A DNA stretch of 64,000 nucleotides from Felis catus. Its lineage: Eukaryota. Below are positions 62,490 through 64,000 of the stretch, in pieces (the stretch's first letter is position 1; the number at the start of each line of letters is the position of its first letter). Location of the stretch: positions 54,066,001 through 54,130,000 of the forward strand of contig NC_058382.1 of the NCBI RefSeq assembly GCF_018350175.1, in the 5' to 3' direction. The notes under the pieces are model-generated. The model did no database searches. It saw only the letters and a program-made list of their open reading frames with translations, and was not told the origin of the DNA. The translations under genes were made by a program, and so were the position numbers.

Positions 62490-62640
62490 TCCATTATGCT
62501 GAATTAACGCATCAGGGCGGAGCTTCTCGAAATGGGTTTTGCCCACATACCCAGAATTCCTCAAGATGAGGCTCTGGAGGCTGCATCTTCATAAGCCTCT
62601 CTGGTAATTCCGTGCACACCAAACTTGTGTGAACCACTGC
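62490..62640. mobile_element. MER5A-like MITE remnant
   Basis: CTGCATCTTCATAAGCCTCTCTGGTAATTCCGTGCACACCAAACTTGTGTGAACCACTG. Confidence 0.7.
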
Positions 62641-64000
62641 ATCGGAGCCCAGTTCGGTCTGAGACGACTGCCAGGACTGTGCCGGTGGGGCACCGCCCTC
62701 CCACCTCTGGAAGACGGCGGCCTCCATGCTTCACACCTGCCAAAGCTCCAGACAGCATTTCTGGCGCACAGATCAGATTAATGGTTGCTTGACAGTGTCA
62801 CCAAATCTAGACTTGCGGACCTTGAACTCTAAAGGTACTGGGGGAATGAGGGATGCTCAAACATGCACCATTGCGGATTTTCCAGACGAAGAAAGAGTAC
62901 AGTGAAAGCATAAATACGATGTTCTGGGACAGTTTCAACTCGAGGTAAACCAAGGTCTTACCCTGTGGCTGGACAGCTAATTCACCAACTTCCCTTCTCA
63001 AGATCAGCATCATCGCCCGACATTCCAGTAGAAACAAAACAGGCTCCCAAAGCCAACCTAGCCTGGAGTCCAAGCTCTTTAGATGCTGAGCTTTTGTTTG
63101 CTCCTGAATAAATTCAATAAAGTGCAGTAACCATTATAATAAATGTAGATGTCACTAATTACAACACTAGATTTTAAGTGCAACACTAGTGTCTCAAGTG
63201 GCCTGTAAAACTGAGTAAAATCACAGCCAATTCAAATTTAATTAAAACTATCAGTTTAATTTAGTTTGCTTTTACAATAAAAACTACACTAACCCATTAA
63301 CTGCATTCTGAATCTCCCATTACGCCAAACAACCAGCAGCTTGAGGGCCTCCACTTTGGTGAATGGTGCGATGCATTCATTTACCTTGTTATCCAGCGAA
63401 GTTTCGGTTGTTCTAGATCCAGTAAACGACCAATTTTTGTCTTTGAAAATGAGGCTCTTAGATTCGTTCAGGTAATTCACCGTGTGGGTAGAATAGGCTT
63501 TTGTCCAGCTTCTTGTGCTTTTGAAAATTCATCCTCAAGGCACCTTCTGAGGACTTGATCATGGTATCCGATCTCCAGGTGAACTTCCAGTGGCCAAGAA
63601 GGGGTCCTTGGAAACCGAATGAAAGAGCTCGGAGAATCTGGGCAATCATGACCTGCCCCTAGTCCTGGTTCCACGCACTGAGTAGCCTCAGACAAACTTT
63701 CTCCCTTTCCAGAACCTCCGTTTCCTCTTGTTGGAGGAGATCAGAGCAGATTGGTGCTTCCAAAGATTCGACTCTCACGATCTCTGTCACATCCAGGCAT
63801 TACCTGTTAGCACCTGCAATTCACATATACTGAGTACAATAGGTTTCCGAGGTACCATCTGTTTCAGCCTCATCCTGAACAGTAATATTTATGAACTCAT
63901 GTGGTTTCGTGTACTGGTTGTACACTTTTCTTCCAACAGAATTAAAGTAAACATAAAACAACTAAAATTATTTAAAATATTCAGCTAACATTGGGACACC

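Noticed and set aside
1..64000. Protein-coding genes from the ORF track
   Set aside because: All ORFs are under 190 aa, many have non-ATG starts or overlap SINE/L1/MLT/simple repeats, and none matches a protein family I recognise.
1..64000. CRISPR array, prokaryotic or viral system, internal ERV genes, NUMT, processed pseudogene
   Set aside because: No regularly spaced repeats with spacers, no gag/pol/env-like or mitochondrial sequence recognised; the LTRs are solo copies or fragments.

Overview
Non-coding mammalian DNA, almost certainly from a cat-family (Felidae) genome: it carries 12 tRNA-derived CanSINE/SINEC copies with felid-type sequence and a carnivore L1 3' end. Much of the window is recognisable interspersed repeat: MIR, L2, old L1M, MaLR solo LTRs (MLT1), hAT MITEs (MER5/20/33/58/91/103C) and microsatellites. 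I recognise no protein-coding exon, and the listed ORFs look like chance or repeat-derived frames. The repeat-free blocks look regulatory. They include a candidate minus-strand promoter and non-coding first exon near 16.6-16.9 kb, a CpG-richer promoter-like block at 33.7-34.9 kb, several motif-dense blocks resembling conserved non-coding elements (CNEs), and a strong CTCF motif at 39.4 kb. This fits the 5'/intronic regulatory territory of a large gene that I cannot name. I found no evidence of a new biological system; the best leads are regulatory candidates and transposon-insertion events. Repeat family calls come from remembered consensus sequences, and boundaries of old repeats are approximate.
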